DNA of 64,000 bases from Thermoplasmatota archaeon (GCA_029762535.1 JARVGK010000003.1:1-64000); one strand, 5' to 3'. Shown: positions 20,801 to 29,966, counted from the stretch's first letter. Notes: generated from the letters alone by a model not told the origin. Translations and numbers: made by a program.

Positions 20801-21335
20801 CGATGATGCGGACGTGGACCCTTCAACCCCTTATCTTATCGAGAGGCACAGGGTCAACCTGTGGGTCGAACCCGTAGAGGATCCCGACGGGGACACCCTC
20901 ACCTACATGTGGGACCTCGGGGACGGGAGGACCGCAGAGGGTCTCAATATAAATCACACCTATTCCTCCGCCGGAACCAGGACCGTGAGGGTATGGGCGA
21001 GCGACGGTCTCCTCGACGGCGACGTGATCTCGACGTCGGTCGTGATACCGCCTGACGAGGACGTATACGTTCCGCCACCCCCTAAAAAGGAATTCCCGAT
21101 CTGGCTGATCATAGTGATAGCCCTCATCATCCTCTTCATCATTGCTGCCGCGGTCGTTTTCATCGTATTGAAGGGTAAAAAGGCTACGGAGGATGATGGG
21201 TCCGCTAAGGCAAACCGCTATGATCAAGACGATCGTGGGGATACAACAGAGGGAGCCCTGAACACATGCCCTTCATGCGGCGGGAGCGTTCAGCCCTCTT
21301 GGTTCATATGCCCCTCCTGCAAGAGCAGGCTATAG
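17850..21335 (+). CDS. large acidic surface protein with cadherin-like/Ig repeats, PKD domain, TM anchor and cytoplasmic zinc ribbon
   Basis: Signal peptide; VNDPP/TNDPP/VNEPP repeats; PKD motif WDLGDG..NHTYSSAG; TM helix; CPSC..CPSC. Confidence 0.85.
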   Translation: MESRLRTMMGLIVLLLLFAVFNGVTGSAEIERVEEEITGFEMIRVDDPTNRIIEKEFITPIPLGPDEPIFFEGWGPLFDTFYTDTEPLRMSAMPPRLSAAPTRGSDDEGEQNYNDFSNGSRLLTPTDSVSGSLNFDTSGQTSDWIDWYKFKLDDIDPSPNAPNGARNITFTLNDYRDQDGNYGLYEYAITWINETTYELSEDYADLLHVYFTYYDPLRGPMRLGGWSFFYDDKDYTDGWSWDSNWTVDLVAPVPSTGEEDMDGLANGLTEVGWYYVGIALDWYGNPDAPDRSSFGVQYDLSIDTSRRQDTDSAANDMDVAGPIVSGQGYRTFSRYNNVDWFKVEGSDPSKLWNMTINVTRTGAAAPRSFFPTIYDPWQHLYFLWHHAGEDDIWDTDDDGMFYYHVIFSAFFSGRLGDALLIGDEFQNIELNLRNTWTQTSKREVYVGLYSEPLTLEVNEQGEITGIFYQSDWFALSEYRVDIGIVEEAVNRPPTIPLLRYSSDWEPRPEGGHYGSVFTFDVAYSDPDNDPPQSLYLRLDPDTPQQKEYSLLDKDVDKNDLTYSDGKLYRIDLTGEEIGEGAHVIEAQGRDSIPFGSLREPMGSAPQIISDELVVWNDDPVGSDQLWDGVPDIYEDDPPLVIPLLSSGSVRGPFKDAEGILTEIKVFSNGTWEDEITSDVVKLTVSLLPEPVMRIEPLPDQFGSETFMLKASDDHSSVERSIEVVVIPVNDPPVITSVRRAGTDHPVVMRNSLSYLADMEDVWVVLEDEVLEFFVIASDIDIGGGSLEYSYLPELSDNWKQPPVITSTGWVTMTPRNDDLRKSEMTFSVSDGEEEVILLLVIKVTNTNDPPQIHFPVEPGKEYSQFDRIVLRPSGSDIDPGDILSFSVNMLEDLGSAYPSIDDQLPDLVFTNDMWDFDTRTAEFWFKLDDQGIWGWGPDRERTKTITVAFKVTDLEGASALISVELSLIDVNEPPEAPTLIRYSVDDADVDPSTPYLIERHRVNLWVEPVEDPDGDTLTYMWDLGDGRTAEGLNINHTYSSAGTRTVRVWASDGLLDGDVISTSVVIPPDEDVYVPPPPKKEFPIWLIIVIALIILFIIAAAVVFIVLKGKKATEDDGSAKANRYDQDDRGDTTEGALNTCPSCGGSVQPSWFICPSCKSRL

Positions 21336-21821
21336 AGACCCGCTCATGCCACAGTGCGGACATGTGATTGAAGTGGATCCCGGTCGGATAACCAGATGAC
21401 CTCGGCATCGAGGGCATTCGACCGTCATTCCCGGTACTGCCGTTGAATCAGGAACAGGGTTTTGGGGCGAAATGACCTCGGCTACGACAGGCTCTTCTAT
21501 CGTAGATAGTTGGCGTTTCCTCCGCCTGTATTCAACGAAGATGAGTAGATAGGATATCACTAGCAGAGGGCCTGTTACCAATCCTGCGATCCTCACCCAA
21601 CTGTCGCTGGTCAAAATAGACATTGGGATCGTCGAGAGGGCAGTGATCGATCCGAAGACCATGAGGATGGGGACGATGGCGGAACCGATCTTTCTGCCCC
21701 CTCGCCCCTCCTCGATGGCCTTTCTGCTTGGGATCATAATTGTCAGGATGAGGAATCCGATGAGGGATGCGACGAATGCCAGCTCCACGGTAAGGGATAG
21801 AATGTCCACCAGGTCTAACAC
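21330..21821 (-). CDS. three-TM membrane protein with C-terminal zinc ribbon
   Basis: Three hydrophobic segments, RRRKR, CPRC..CPHC. Confidence 0.75.
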   Translation of the reverse strand: MLDLVDILSLTVELAFVASLIGFLILTIMIPSRKAIEEGRGGRKIGSAIVPILMVFGSITALSTIPMSILTSDSWVRIAGLVTGPLLVISYLLIFVEYRRRKRQLSTIEEPVVAEVISPQNPVPDSTAVPGMTVECPRCRGHLVIRPGSTSITCPHCGMSGSL

Positions 21822-21930
21822 TCCTGAACGAAACGGGATGGGAAATCCTGTATTAGTACATTTCTTGGGTTAAACAGCATTAAGGCCGTGGTGGAGAAAG
21901 CCTTTATCGTCCAAACATAACCAATTAAAA

Positions 21931-21980
21931 TATATAAAATGTTTACATTACAACTATTGGTTGTCATCATAATGTAAACA
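21931..21980 (+). promoter_or_regulatory. hsp20 promoter: TATA box followed by an 11-bp inverted repeat
   Basis: TATATAAA at 21931-21938; TGTTTACATTA (21940-21950) / TAATGTAAACA (21970-21980). Confidence 0.65.
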
Positions 21981-21997
21981 AATACGAGGTGTATAAA

Positions 21998-22513
21998 ATG
22001 AACGGAAGGACGGACAGAAGAATGACAGTAAGGGATGAGGACAGCATCTGGAACATGAACCCGTACAGGTTACTGATGGATATGGACAATGTATGGGATA
22101 GGATGTTCAGAGACTTCGGCAGCATGAACCTCGGCCCGCTCTCGATAGAAGGAAGAAGGCCAGAGGCATATATTCGAGGCCCGAGCTTCATGCCACTGGA
22201 CCTTTCGGATAAAGGGGATCGCTTCGAGCTTCGGATGGAGATGCCCGGGCTGAAGAAGGACAATGTTGAAATTACCCTCGACAAGCAGATACTTACCATA
22301 TCGGCCAATGAGGACGAGTCCAAGGAGGAGGAGACAGAGAACTACCTGGTAAGGGAGCGCAGGGCCTTCAACTGCAAGAGGTCGATAAAGCTCCCGGGTG
22401 ATATTAAAGAGGACGAGGTCAAGGCCAGAGTAGAGGATGGCGTCCTTCATCTGGCGCTGCCCAAGAAGGCCCCCGAGGAGAAGGAAGGGGCAAAGACGAT
22501 AACAATAGAGTGA
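21998..22513 (+). CDS. hsp20: small heat-shock protein Hsp20/alpha-crystallin family
   Basis: EMPGLKKDNVEI, RSIKLPGDI, ARVEDGVLHLALPK; GAGGTG SD before ATG 21998. Confidence 0.93.
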   Translation: MNGRTDRRMTVRDEDSIWNMNPYRLLMDMDNVWDRMFRDFGSMNLGPLSIEGRRPEAYIRGPSFMPLDLSDKGDRFELRMEMPGLKKDNVEITLDKQILTISANEDESKEEETENYLVRERRAFNCKRSIKLPGDIKEDEVKARVEDGVLHLALPKKAPEEKEGAKTITIE

Positions 22514-22534
22514 TCCGCCCCCCAAGCATACCGA

Positions 22535-22567
22535 GAGAGGGGTCCAACCCCTCTCATTCTATCTTTT
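22535..22567 (+). terminator. hairpin terminator after hsp20
   Basis: GAGAGGGG-tccaa-CCCCTCTC followed by a T-rich stretch. Confidence 0.6.
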
Positions 22568-22605
22568 ATATTATCAATGGTTCATCACGGACCTTGATCA
22601 GGTCA

Positions 22606-23427
22606 TCAGGCGTAGCTCACATAACCCGAGATCTGAACGTATGTCGCACCTCGAACGCATGTTATCTGCAACATGTAATCACCACTGTTTCGAAGGTCCC
22701 CCTCCGTGAAATACCAGTGAACGAAAGTGCTTCCTATTACAGTAACGGTCCTGTTGTCCATGACGTTTCCCAGAGGGTCCATAAGTGTGACCTCGACCTT
22801 GTTCGACTGGGTCTCGAGAAGATGCGCCCCGGCGATGGTGACGTTGACGTCCATCTCTTTTGCGCCGGAGAGGACCTCCCAGCTGTACTCGGTATAGTTC
22901 CCAATTATACCCAGGGACTCGAATATGGGCTCCCCCAGAAGGACCGCGGGGTTGGGTTCGAAGGTCTTTTTCGGCCAGACGACCTTGATATCCTTCTTAT
23001 CCGCCCCCGAGCCGCCGTCGTTATCGTAAACAGTGAGGGTTATAGTGTAATTTCCAGGCTGGGTGTATGCATAGGTCACGTTGGATTCCGTTCCGTCCCT
23101 GTCATTGCCGTCACCGAAATCGAAAACGTATTTGAATATGCCACTGGACGTCGCGTTCTCGCTGTCCGGGTCGCTGGACCGGTTCCCCGAGATCGTGATC
23201 ATCTGTCCCACCTCAACGGTATCGTTCTCTAGGTCCAATATCGCAACCGGGGGTATGTTAACGGTATCGTTCTTATCGTCATTCTCGTCCTTTTCCTTTT
23301 TGCCGGTATCGAAGATGTTGGCGATGACCCATCTTGATCCGGTTATTATGCCGGCCAGTGCCAATGCGATTATGATCAGGACGATCAAAACGGTCAGGAT
23401 CTTCTTGCCTTTATCCATCAGGGTCAC
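22606..23427 (-). CDS. N-terminally anchored PKD-domain protein
   Basis: N-terminal TM; SSDPD, FDFGDG, YTQPGNYTITLTVYDNDG. Confidence 0.85.
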   Translation of the reverse strand: MTLMDKGKKILTVLIVLIIIALALAGIITGSRWVIANIFDTGKKEKDENDDKNDTVNIPPVAILDLENDTVEVGQMITISGNRSSDPDSENATSSGIFKYVFDFGDGNDRDGTESNVTYAYTQPGNYTITLTVYDNDGGSGADKKDIKVVWPKKTFEPNPAVLLGEPIFESLGIIGNYTEYSWEVLSGAKEMDVNVTIAGAHLLETQSNKVEVTLMDPLGNVMDNRTVTVIGSTFVHWYFTEGDLRNSGDYMLQITCVRGATYVQISGYVSYA

Positions 23428-23488
23428 CTTCGAATATCATTTCCCGGAGGAATTCGTGGTAGGGTATGGTAATCCTCCGATTACTATT

Positions 23489-24379
23489 TTATTCCTTCTC
23501 CGGGGGATTCTTGGGTTGGTCCTTGGACTTCAATTTCTCCTCTTTCTGTCTTTTCCTCTGAAGGGTCCTATCGAGTATCAACTTCATATAGACAGCGTCG
23601 TGTTCCAATAGAGGTGATTCGGAGATTATCGTGAAGTCCCAGTCATCATGGTTGAGCAGTGCCTCGGATAGAGGGTCGAACTTGAGGTCCCCTTTCTTTA
23701 TCGGTGTGGACATGAGCTTGTCGCCATCCACATGCTCGACCCCGGAGAAATGTATGTAGAAGCTCTTCTCACCGGTGACGGAATATGTTCGTGACAGCAG
23801 GTTCTCGAAATCCTCCACGTCCCTGAGGCCCCCCCTCTCCCTGGCGTGTATGTTCGCCATGTTCAGAACGGGAAACGTGTTCCCCACGCGCTTGACTATG
23901 GTCAAAACCTCGTCCAGGGACCCGAAAACCCTCTGTCTGCCGGAGGTCACGATGCCTAACCTGGCCTTGATATCCATCTTTTTGAACCTGTCCCTTAGCC
24001 ACCTTATCTGTTTTACGGCGATCTCCATAGCCTCTGAGGGGTCGTGTTCATGGTACATGCCCACATGTGTTACCAGTAGCTGCGCCCCTAGTTCGTCCGC
24101 GATCCTCCCGCTCCAGATAACATTGTCAAGAGAACGCTTCAGGTATTCTTCATCCCCAAGCAGGTCCATGTAATAGGGGGCATGGATCGATAGCTGTACA
24201 TCCAGTTCCATCCCTAGCTCCCTTATCAGCGTTGTGTCTTCAGGGATCTCCCTCTGAGGCCTGAGGAGCTGCACCTCCATAGCGTCCAGCTGAAGCGCGT
24301 GTATGTCCTCGATGCCATCCTTGAGGGTCCTTCCCTTGCAGGACAATGGTATTCCTGCCGGCCCGAATCTTATACCCAT
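23489..24379 (-). CDS. endonuclease IV-like TIM-barrel protein (AP endonuclease family 2)
   Basis: IRFGPAGIP, LSIHAPYY, FGSLDEV, HFSGVE, TIISESPLLEHDA. Confidence 0.8.
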   Translation of the reverse strand: MGIRFGPAGIPLSCKGRTLKDGIEDIHALQLDAMEVQLLRPQREIPEDTTLIRELGMELDVQLSIHAPYYMDLLGDEEYLKRSLDNVIWSGRIADELGAQLLVTHVGMYHEHDPSEAMEIAVKQIRWLRDRFKKMDIKARLGIVTSGRQRVFGSLDEVLTIVKRVGNTFPVLNMANIHARERGGLRDVEDFENLLSRTYSVTGEKSFYIHFSGVEHVDGDKLMSTPIKKGDLKFDPLSEALLNHDDWDFTIISESPLLEHDAVYMKLILDRTLQRKRQKEEKLKSKDQPKNPPEKE

Positions 24380-24499
24380 TACTGCTCATCTCCAAATAAC
24401 GGTCGCCAGAGATACCATGTCCTCGGACCTGTCCACAGCAACCACATATCTTGCACCTGCCTATTATATATACTTTTTCCTGTAAGGGCCCAGATCATC

Positions 24500-25378
24500 T
24501 CAGAGTACGATCTTCCCCTTCTTGAGAAGCATCTTGACGGCGTCATCCGCCGCCTCGTCGAGCTTTCCCGGGTTCTCTAGCTCTTCGCGTACCATCCTGT
24601 TCTGCTCGTCGATAACGGCCCTCGATTCGTTTAGAACCTTTCTCTTCTCCTGCCTCATCTGAAGGACCTTATCCCGAAGCTCCATGGCCTTCTGGTGGTA
24701 TGAGTCCGCCTGAGACCTTGCCTTTAGGTATTCCTCATGCCTCTTGTCCGATTCGGATCTGAGATGATCAAGAGTCGAGGACCGATCCTTGATGTCCTTG
24801 TTCAACTCCTTCACCTTGGTGTACAGCTCGTTGATCCTCGCATGTTCGAGGTCCGCCCTCTGCCTGAAGTCAGATATCTCCTCTTTGATGTCGGTGAACT
24901 CCGCCTCCGCTCTTCGTATATCCGGCTCCCGGGTCTGTATCGATCGGAGCTTCTTTCTCTTCTCTTCGATCTGTTTTACGATATCGCGTTCCTTATCGAC
25001 GTTCATCGGTTCTGTCTCGTATCTCTTCTCAAGCTTCTGGATATCGATCTCGAGAGTGATCCTGTCCTCGTATGGTTCGTCCTTCTTCTCATCGCCCTTC
25101 TTTCTCAGGTTCCCCGAGAGAAGACCCGCCCTCTGGTTGTAGAGGTCCCTCCTGGCCTTTGCCTCATTTATCTCAAGGTATAAAGCCTCCTTCTCGGCCC
25201 TGAGGTCCGCGATGCCGTCGAGGACCGCGCGGCGCTTCGATTGGAGATCGTCCCTCATCTCCCTGAAGACCTTCGCCTCCTCCTGGAAGCCATCACGCCT
25301 GTCATAGAGGGTCTTGAGCCTCTTTTCCGCGTTCGAGAGCTCTGATGTGAATTCCGGTGAAATCTCATCACCTGTCAT
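24500..25378 (-). CDS. archaeal coiled-coil protein (COG1340-like)
   Basis: Heptad-rich helical sequence, ETEPMNVDKERDIV, C-terminal LKKGKIVL. Confidence 0.75.
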   Translation of the reverse strand: MTGDEISPEFTSELSNAEKRLKTLYDRRDGFQEEAKVFREMRDDLQSKRRAVLDGIADLRAEKEALYLEINEAKARRDLYNQRAGLLSGNLRKKGDEKKDEPYEDRITLEIDIQKLEKRYETEPMNVDKERDIVKQIEEKRKKLRSIQTREPDIRRAEAEFTDIKEEISDFRQRADLEHARINELYTKVKELNKDIKDRSSTLDHLRSESDKRHEEYLKARSQADSYHQKAMELRDKVLQMRQEKRKVLNESRAVIDEQNRMVREELENPGKLDEAADDAVKMLLKKGKIVL

Positions 25379-25437
25379 TGGTGATCTCCCAAGAATGATT
25401 TTTTTTGGAGAAAGCCCGTCTCCTACTTAAATTCAAC

Positions 25438-26205
25438 CTATCCCTTCGATTTTCCCCTTCGACGGGCTATCCTGGAGGCGACCATCCCGGCGACGATCCC
25501 CGCATCGATGTTCACCACCAAGAGCGGGGAGCAGCTTTGAAGCATGGCGAAGAGGGCCGTCTCTCCCTTAGGGTGTATCCCGTAACCAGTCGATACCGGA
25601 AGACCTATGACCGGAGCCTCTGTGAGACCTGAGACGATCGTCGGCAGTGCGCCCTCCCTTCCGGCGGCGACGATTATCACATCGGGATCGAACTCCCTTA
25701 TCCTCTTCAAGGGCTCGACCAGTCTGTGTATCCCAGCTGCCCCCACATCGTGGAATGCCAGGGTTTCGCATCCCAGCTCTTCAGCGATAATTCGAGCCTC
25801 CTCGGCTGCTGGAATATCGGATGTCCCTGCGGTGAGGATCGCGATCCGTCCATTCTTCTCCTTCGATGGAGGCATGTCCAACCTTCTTAAGACCAGGATC
25901 CTCGCATCGTCCTCCCTGCGAACGATCACTTCGGGTCCGATACGTCTCTCGAGAACGGAGGCATCCTCAGGTGTTATCCTAGAGATGATGGCGCGTCCCG
26001 ACCTTCTGAGAAACTCTGAGGAGATGTCGAATATCTGCTCCAGCGTCTTTCCTTCGGATAGTATGACCTCAGGTATCCCTGTCCTGAGCTCGCGTCCCGG
26101 ATCGATATTGTGTTCGAGGGATCCGAGAAGCCGCTTCGCCACCTCGGATCTCGCTTCGTCTAGGGTGATCTCTGCCCGGTGAAGCTTTTCAAGTATATCG
26201 TCCAT
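25438..26205 (-). CDS. larB: nickel pincer cofactor biosynthesis protein LarB (AIR carboxylase family)
   Basis: RELRTGIPEVILSEGKT, TAGTSDIPAAEEA, DVGAAGIHRL, VAAGREGALPT, PVSTGYG, VVNIDAG. Confidence 0.9.
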   Translation of the reverse strand: MDDILEKLHRAEITLDEARSEVAKRLLGSLEHNIDPGRELRTGIPEVILSEGKTLEQIFDISSEFLRRSGRAIISRITPEDASVLERRIGPEVIVRREDDARILVLRRLDMPPSKEKNGRIAILTAGTSDIPAAEEARIIAEELGCETLAFHDVGAAGIHRLVEPLKRIREFDPDVIIVAAGREGALPTIVSGLTEAPVIGLPVSTGYGIHPKGETALFAMLQSCSPLLVVNIDAGIVAGMVASRIARRRGKSKG

Positions 26206-26315
26206 GAGGGTCTATGCACAGGGAGCATAAAAAAGGATTCCATAGGACCGGGCCAATATGTATTTAAGAGATAGTTGGAATCGCAAAAGGTCCGGCCCTT
26301 CGTCATCCGGATGCT

Positions 26316-28013
26316 ATGCTGAGGTATGACATGGAAAGGAAGGATCCATCGAAAGGCAAGGCCGTTCCCCATTTACGGGCGTTGAATCCAGTGGCATCCA
26401 TATTCCTCGAACCCAATACCGAGCATCGCCTCTATGTAGAGGAGGGACGGGCCGTTCACGAATGGATAGGCCCCGATAGCCGTCCGATAATGGAATTGAC
26501 CGCCAGCGAGCTGAGGGCGATCATATCCGATCACTCTCTGAGGATGGCCGATGGGAGCAATATAATAGGGAGCGGGGGCCACGCGATCAAGTTCAACGTC
26601 CTCGATGAGACGGCAGCGCGCACGCTAGGGGAAATCGCATTATCCGATGACGTGAAAGTTTCGACCGAGAGTTCCCCAGGGTACAATTCGATAAGGCTGG
26701 ACATCGGCGGATCGCGATATTCCGTGGACCTCTATACTGAATTGAACAAGGACCGTATGGGGGATTACCTTCTCTTGAGGCTGAACAGCAGGTCGAATCC
26801 CGCAGTCGTGCGCCTTGTGGGTTTCTCCTACTGGGAATTCAAGGACCGACCTCTTATCTGGTCCAGGTTAACGGAGAAGAACCGAAGCTGCATACCTGCC
26901 TTGAGGCCGTTCCTCGGGGAATTGGAAGAACTTCTATCGGCGTTCTCGGGATTGGAGGGAGAGGATTCCCGCCGCTTCCTTATGGACCTTGCCTCGGGCA
27001 AGCGCTTTGCGGGGAGCGACCTCTCTTTAACCATCGGATCGCAGATCGCCGAGATGCATCTCGACCTAGTGACCGTGAAGGCTATGAACGCAGAAACGTC
27101 GAACAGGATAGGCGACCGCATCGTGAACGAGCTATCGCTGTCAAGGTTCGACATGGCGGAAGTAGGGTCCCTCTTGGGGAAGATGGGGCATTTCATGAGC
27201 TCGGTGAAGCGGGACCTTGCCCGGATCACGGGAGAGGTATCGCTCCAAACCGCTGGAAGGAGGAAGCAGAAGGTGATACGCATCTCCCCGAGAATGGACG
27301 AGATGAGAAGCCGTGGCCTCGAGGCCATGCCCTTGCTCATGAGGAAACTGTATCAGAGGGAGCGTGAGATCCGTCAAAGGACCGCGAGGTTGAAGGAACT
27401 GGTTGGATCCCCCGCCATAACCTGCCTTATTGATACCAGTCTGGAGAGGGCGGAGGCGGAGGATGGGCATGTGCTTTTCTCCAATTTCGATTGGTCCTTC
27501 AGCGGAGACGAGAGCAGGCAGTTGAGGAAGGTCCCTCCGATCAAGGACCTATCGCTCGCTCTAAACTCTCTTATGAAGGTCAGGCTACTCATCGCGCGAA
27601 AGTCGATCAGGAAGGAGGCCGTGGATCTGAGGATGGCCCCCTCTCGTCTCTGGTTGATGTACCTCGAATACAATCTCTCGAAGAGGGATTACGACAGCAT
27701 GAGGACGGATTTCAGGATCAGGGACCTCATACGAACCAGGGAGACGCCCTTCAGGAAGGTCTTTTCCATCTCTATTATTGGGGCACTGTGGTACGAACTG
27801 TGCAGGAGGGAGATGGTAAGGGGATACATGGATACGATAATGAAGGGAGAGATCCCGGCCCTTCTCGATTATCCAAAGAGAGCGGACATCGCCGAGGCCA
27901 TATCCTCCTTTCAGGTCCTCACCGCCATGTCACAATTGTCCCCCGCACTATCCGGCGGGAACGCCTCCATTCCCACGCTAGAATCCGATGCTATGATAGT
28001 TCTCACACGTTAG
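26316..28013 (+). CDS. hypothetical protein with degenerate maltokinase/aminoglycoside-phosphotransferase-like fold
   Basis: IGSQIAEMHLDL and RKVPPIKDLSLALNS resemble maltokinase LGxxxAEMHxAL and KxSPLRDVAGMLRS; the catalytic motifs are altered. Confidence 0.55.
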   Translation: MLRYDMERKDPSKGKAVPHLRALNPVASIFLEPNTEHRLYVEEGRAVHEWIGPDSRPIMELTASELRAIISDHSLRMADGSNIIGSGGHAIKFNVLDETAARTLGEIALSDDVKVSTESSPGYNSIRLDIGGSRYSVDLYTELNKDRMGDYLLLRLNSRSNPAVVRLVGFSYWEFKDRPLIWSRLTEKNRSCIPALRPFLGELEELLSAFSGLEGEDSRRFLMDLASGKRFAGSDLSLTIGSQIAEMHLDLVTVKAMNAETSNRIGDRIVNELSLSRFDMAEVGSLLGKMGHFMSSVKRDLARITGEVSLQTAGRRKQKVIRISPRMDEMRSRGLEAMPLLMRKLYQREREIRQRTARLKELVGSPAITCLIDTSLERAEAEDGHVLFSNFDWSFSGDESRQLRKVPPIKDLSLALNSLMKVRLLIARKSIRKEAVDLRMAPSRLWLMYLEYNLSKRDYDSMRTDFRIRDLIRTRETPFRKVFSISIIGALWYELCRREMVRGYMDTIMKGEIPALLDYPKRADIAEAISSFQVLTAMSQLSPALSGGNASIPTLESDAMIVLTR

Positions 28014-28015
28014 GT

Positions 28016-29842
28016 TCAGGCGTAATAATATTCCCCTTTTGACCTCTGCTCCGAATCCAGCCTGGAGTCCTCCTTGTTGATCCGGGGCCTCTTGGTGTCC
28101 GGGTCCCTGCGGAAGGTCACGCCGACGTCCTTGAGGAACATGTTCATGCCGTCCCTTAAATGGAGCGGGCCGTGCGATGTACCCCATACCGAGGGCTCGC
28201 CCTGGAAGACCATGATCGTGTCTGATACCAGATCTATGAAATAGACGTCGTGATCGACTATGAGGGCGGACCTGCCCTGCTTCTCAATAACACGGCGTAT
28301 GATCTTCGCCACCTCCATCCTCTGATTGGCGTCCAGGTATGCTGAGGGTTCGTCCAAGAGGTACAGGTCGGCCTCCCTCGAGATTGCGACCGACACCGCC
28401 ACCCTCTGCTGCTCTCCTCCGGAGAGCTTCGACATTTCCTTGTCGTATAGCTGCTTTAACATCATGGGGCCCTCGATCTCTGCCTTGAAGAAGCCTGAAC
28501 CGAAAAGGGAGGAAAGCTCGGTCATCATATAGTCCCTGACCGACCCCTCGAAATCGTTCTTGATGTACTGTGGCTTGTACGAGATCTTGGTATCGAAATC
28601 GACCTTTCCGTTGTCGGGTGAGATCTCGCCGGCGAGCATCTTTACGAAAGTGCTCTTCCCGGTAGCGTTGGGACCGACGCAGCCGACGACCTCTCCTATG
28701 TGTATTATGCCGGCGTTCGACTTGAAGGTGAAGTTCGACATTTCCTTTTTCATGCTTGGGAATATCAGGAGCTCTCCCGATCTCCACTCGTCCCTGGGAG
28801 GGTGGTCTATGAACTCTATTTGTTTTGACCTGAACCTTATGTTCTCCTCCTTCATGTACCCGGACAGGAAGGTGTTTATGGCGTGCTTGGTCGTGATGGG
28901 TTTGGTCACGACGCCATAGGCTCCCGGTTCGCCGTACATGAGGCATATGTTGTCCGAGAGGAAATCGAGGATGGCGAGGTCGTGTTCGACCAGCATCACC
29001 TGCTTGCGCGAACCGAGCTCCTTAATCGTCCTTGAGATCCTTAGCCTCTGTCTTATATCGAGGTAGGAAGATGGTTCGTCGAAGAAGTAGAAGTCCGCAT
29101 CCTTCATGAGAGATGCCCCTATGGCGACCCTCTGAAGCTCCCCTCCGGAGATCTTGTCCAGCGTCCTGTTAAGGAACGGTCCGAGCTCCATGAGGTCCGC
29201 GATCTCCTCGACCCTTGAAGGATCGACCCTGGACAGCAGTTCCTTGACCGTCCCCTTGTAGGACCTTGGGATCGAGTCCACGTACTGAGGCTTCAATGCC
29301 ACCTTGAGCCGGCCCTTGGCTATGTTCTCGAAATGCTCGAAGAGCCCGGTACCCGCGAAGCGGTCCCGGACATCGTCCCAATCCTCTGGGGGCTTGAGAG
29401 CTTCGTCCTTGTCCAGCTGCTTTGAGCCAAAGGCCTTCGCCCTGTCCTCCTCGTCGTCTGTGATGCCGAAGTTCGGCATCTGGATCCCGCCAAGGACGTT
29501 CAAGACCGTTGTCTTTCCGATCCCGTTGGATCCCAGGAGACCTAGGATCGTCCCTTGCTGTGGATACGGGATCCTGAACAATCGGAATCCGTTTGTCCCG
29601 AACTGATGTATGAGGTCCTCGTCTAGTTCTGCAGGGAGGCCAATGATCCTCAGGGCGTCGAAGGGGCACTTGTGTGCGCAGATCCCGCATCCGACGCAGA
29701 GATCCTCATCGATGATGGGCTTGTTCTTCTCATCCCAGGAGAATATCTCATCCCCCATCCTGACCCGGGGGCAGAAGTTGTAGCACTCCTTGTTGCATTT
29801 CTTCGGCTGACACCTGTCATGTATAAGGGCTGCGATCCTCAT
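28016..29842 (-). CDS. rli: ribosome recycling ATPase ABCE1/RLI
   Basis: N-terminal Fe-S domain (CQPKKC..C..CP, CVGCGICAHKCP), two ABC domains (GSNGIGKT, GPNATGKS), TFRRDPDTKRPRINK, GEYYY. Confidence 0.97.
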   Translation of the reverse strand: MRIAALIHDRCQPKKCNKECYNFCPRVRMGDEIFSWDEKNKPIIDEDLCVGCGICAHKCPFDALRIIGLPAELDEDLIHQFGTNGFRLFRIPYPQQGTILGLLGSNGIGKTTVLNVLGGIQMPNFGITDDEEDRAKAFGSKQLDKDEALKPPEDWDDVRDRFAGTGLFEHFENIAKGRLKVALKPQYVDSIPRSYKGTVKELLSRVDPSRVEEIADLMELGPFLNRTLDKISGGELQRVAIGASLMKDADFYFFDEPSSYLDIRQRLRISRTIKELGSRKQVMLVEHDLAILDFLSDNICLMYGEPGAYGVVTKPITTKHAINTFLSGYMKEENIRFRSKQIEFIDHPPRDEWRSGELLIFPSMKKEMSNFTFKSNAGIIHIGEVVGCVGPNATGKSTFVKMLAGEISPDNGKVDFDTKISYKPQYIKNDFEGSVRDYMMTELSSLFGSGFFKAEIEGPMMLKQLYDKEMSKLSGGEQQRVAVSVAISREADLYLLDEPSAYLDANQRMEVAKIIRRVIEKQGRSALIVDHDVYFIDLVSDTIMVFQGEPSVWGTSHGPLHLRDGMNMFLKDVGVTFRRDPDTKRPRINKEDSRLDSEQRSKGEYYYA

Positions 29843-29893
29843 CGATATCGCTCAGACCATAAAATCGTGGTTATTAAATGTATTCGAATACCG

Positions 29894-29940
29894 TCACTGC
29901 ATAATGAGATCGACCATCATCTCCAGGGGGAGGATCCCGG
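29894..29940 (-). repeat. displaced copy of the aconitase X gene 3' end (att-like direct repeat of 30487-30533)
   Basis: 29900-29940 vs 30493-30533: 37/41 identical; encodes GILPLEMMVDLIMQ* vs GILPLEMMVDLVMG*. Confidence 0.85.
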
Positions 29941-29966
29941 GTAGATCTGATGAAGTTCATGCTGTA

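Noticed and set aside
24379-24447. 22-codon Trp-rich ORF (MWLLWTGPRTWYLWRPLFGDEQ) overlapping the EndoIV-like start by TAATG
   Set aside because: The downstream gene is unrelated to Trp metabolism, no attenuator hairpin is evident, and the ATG lies too close to the likely TATA box; probably chance.
25438-26205. larB without adjacent larA/larC/larE
   Set aside because: Dispersed lar genes are common in archaea; this is not informative within one window.
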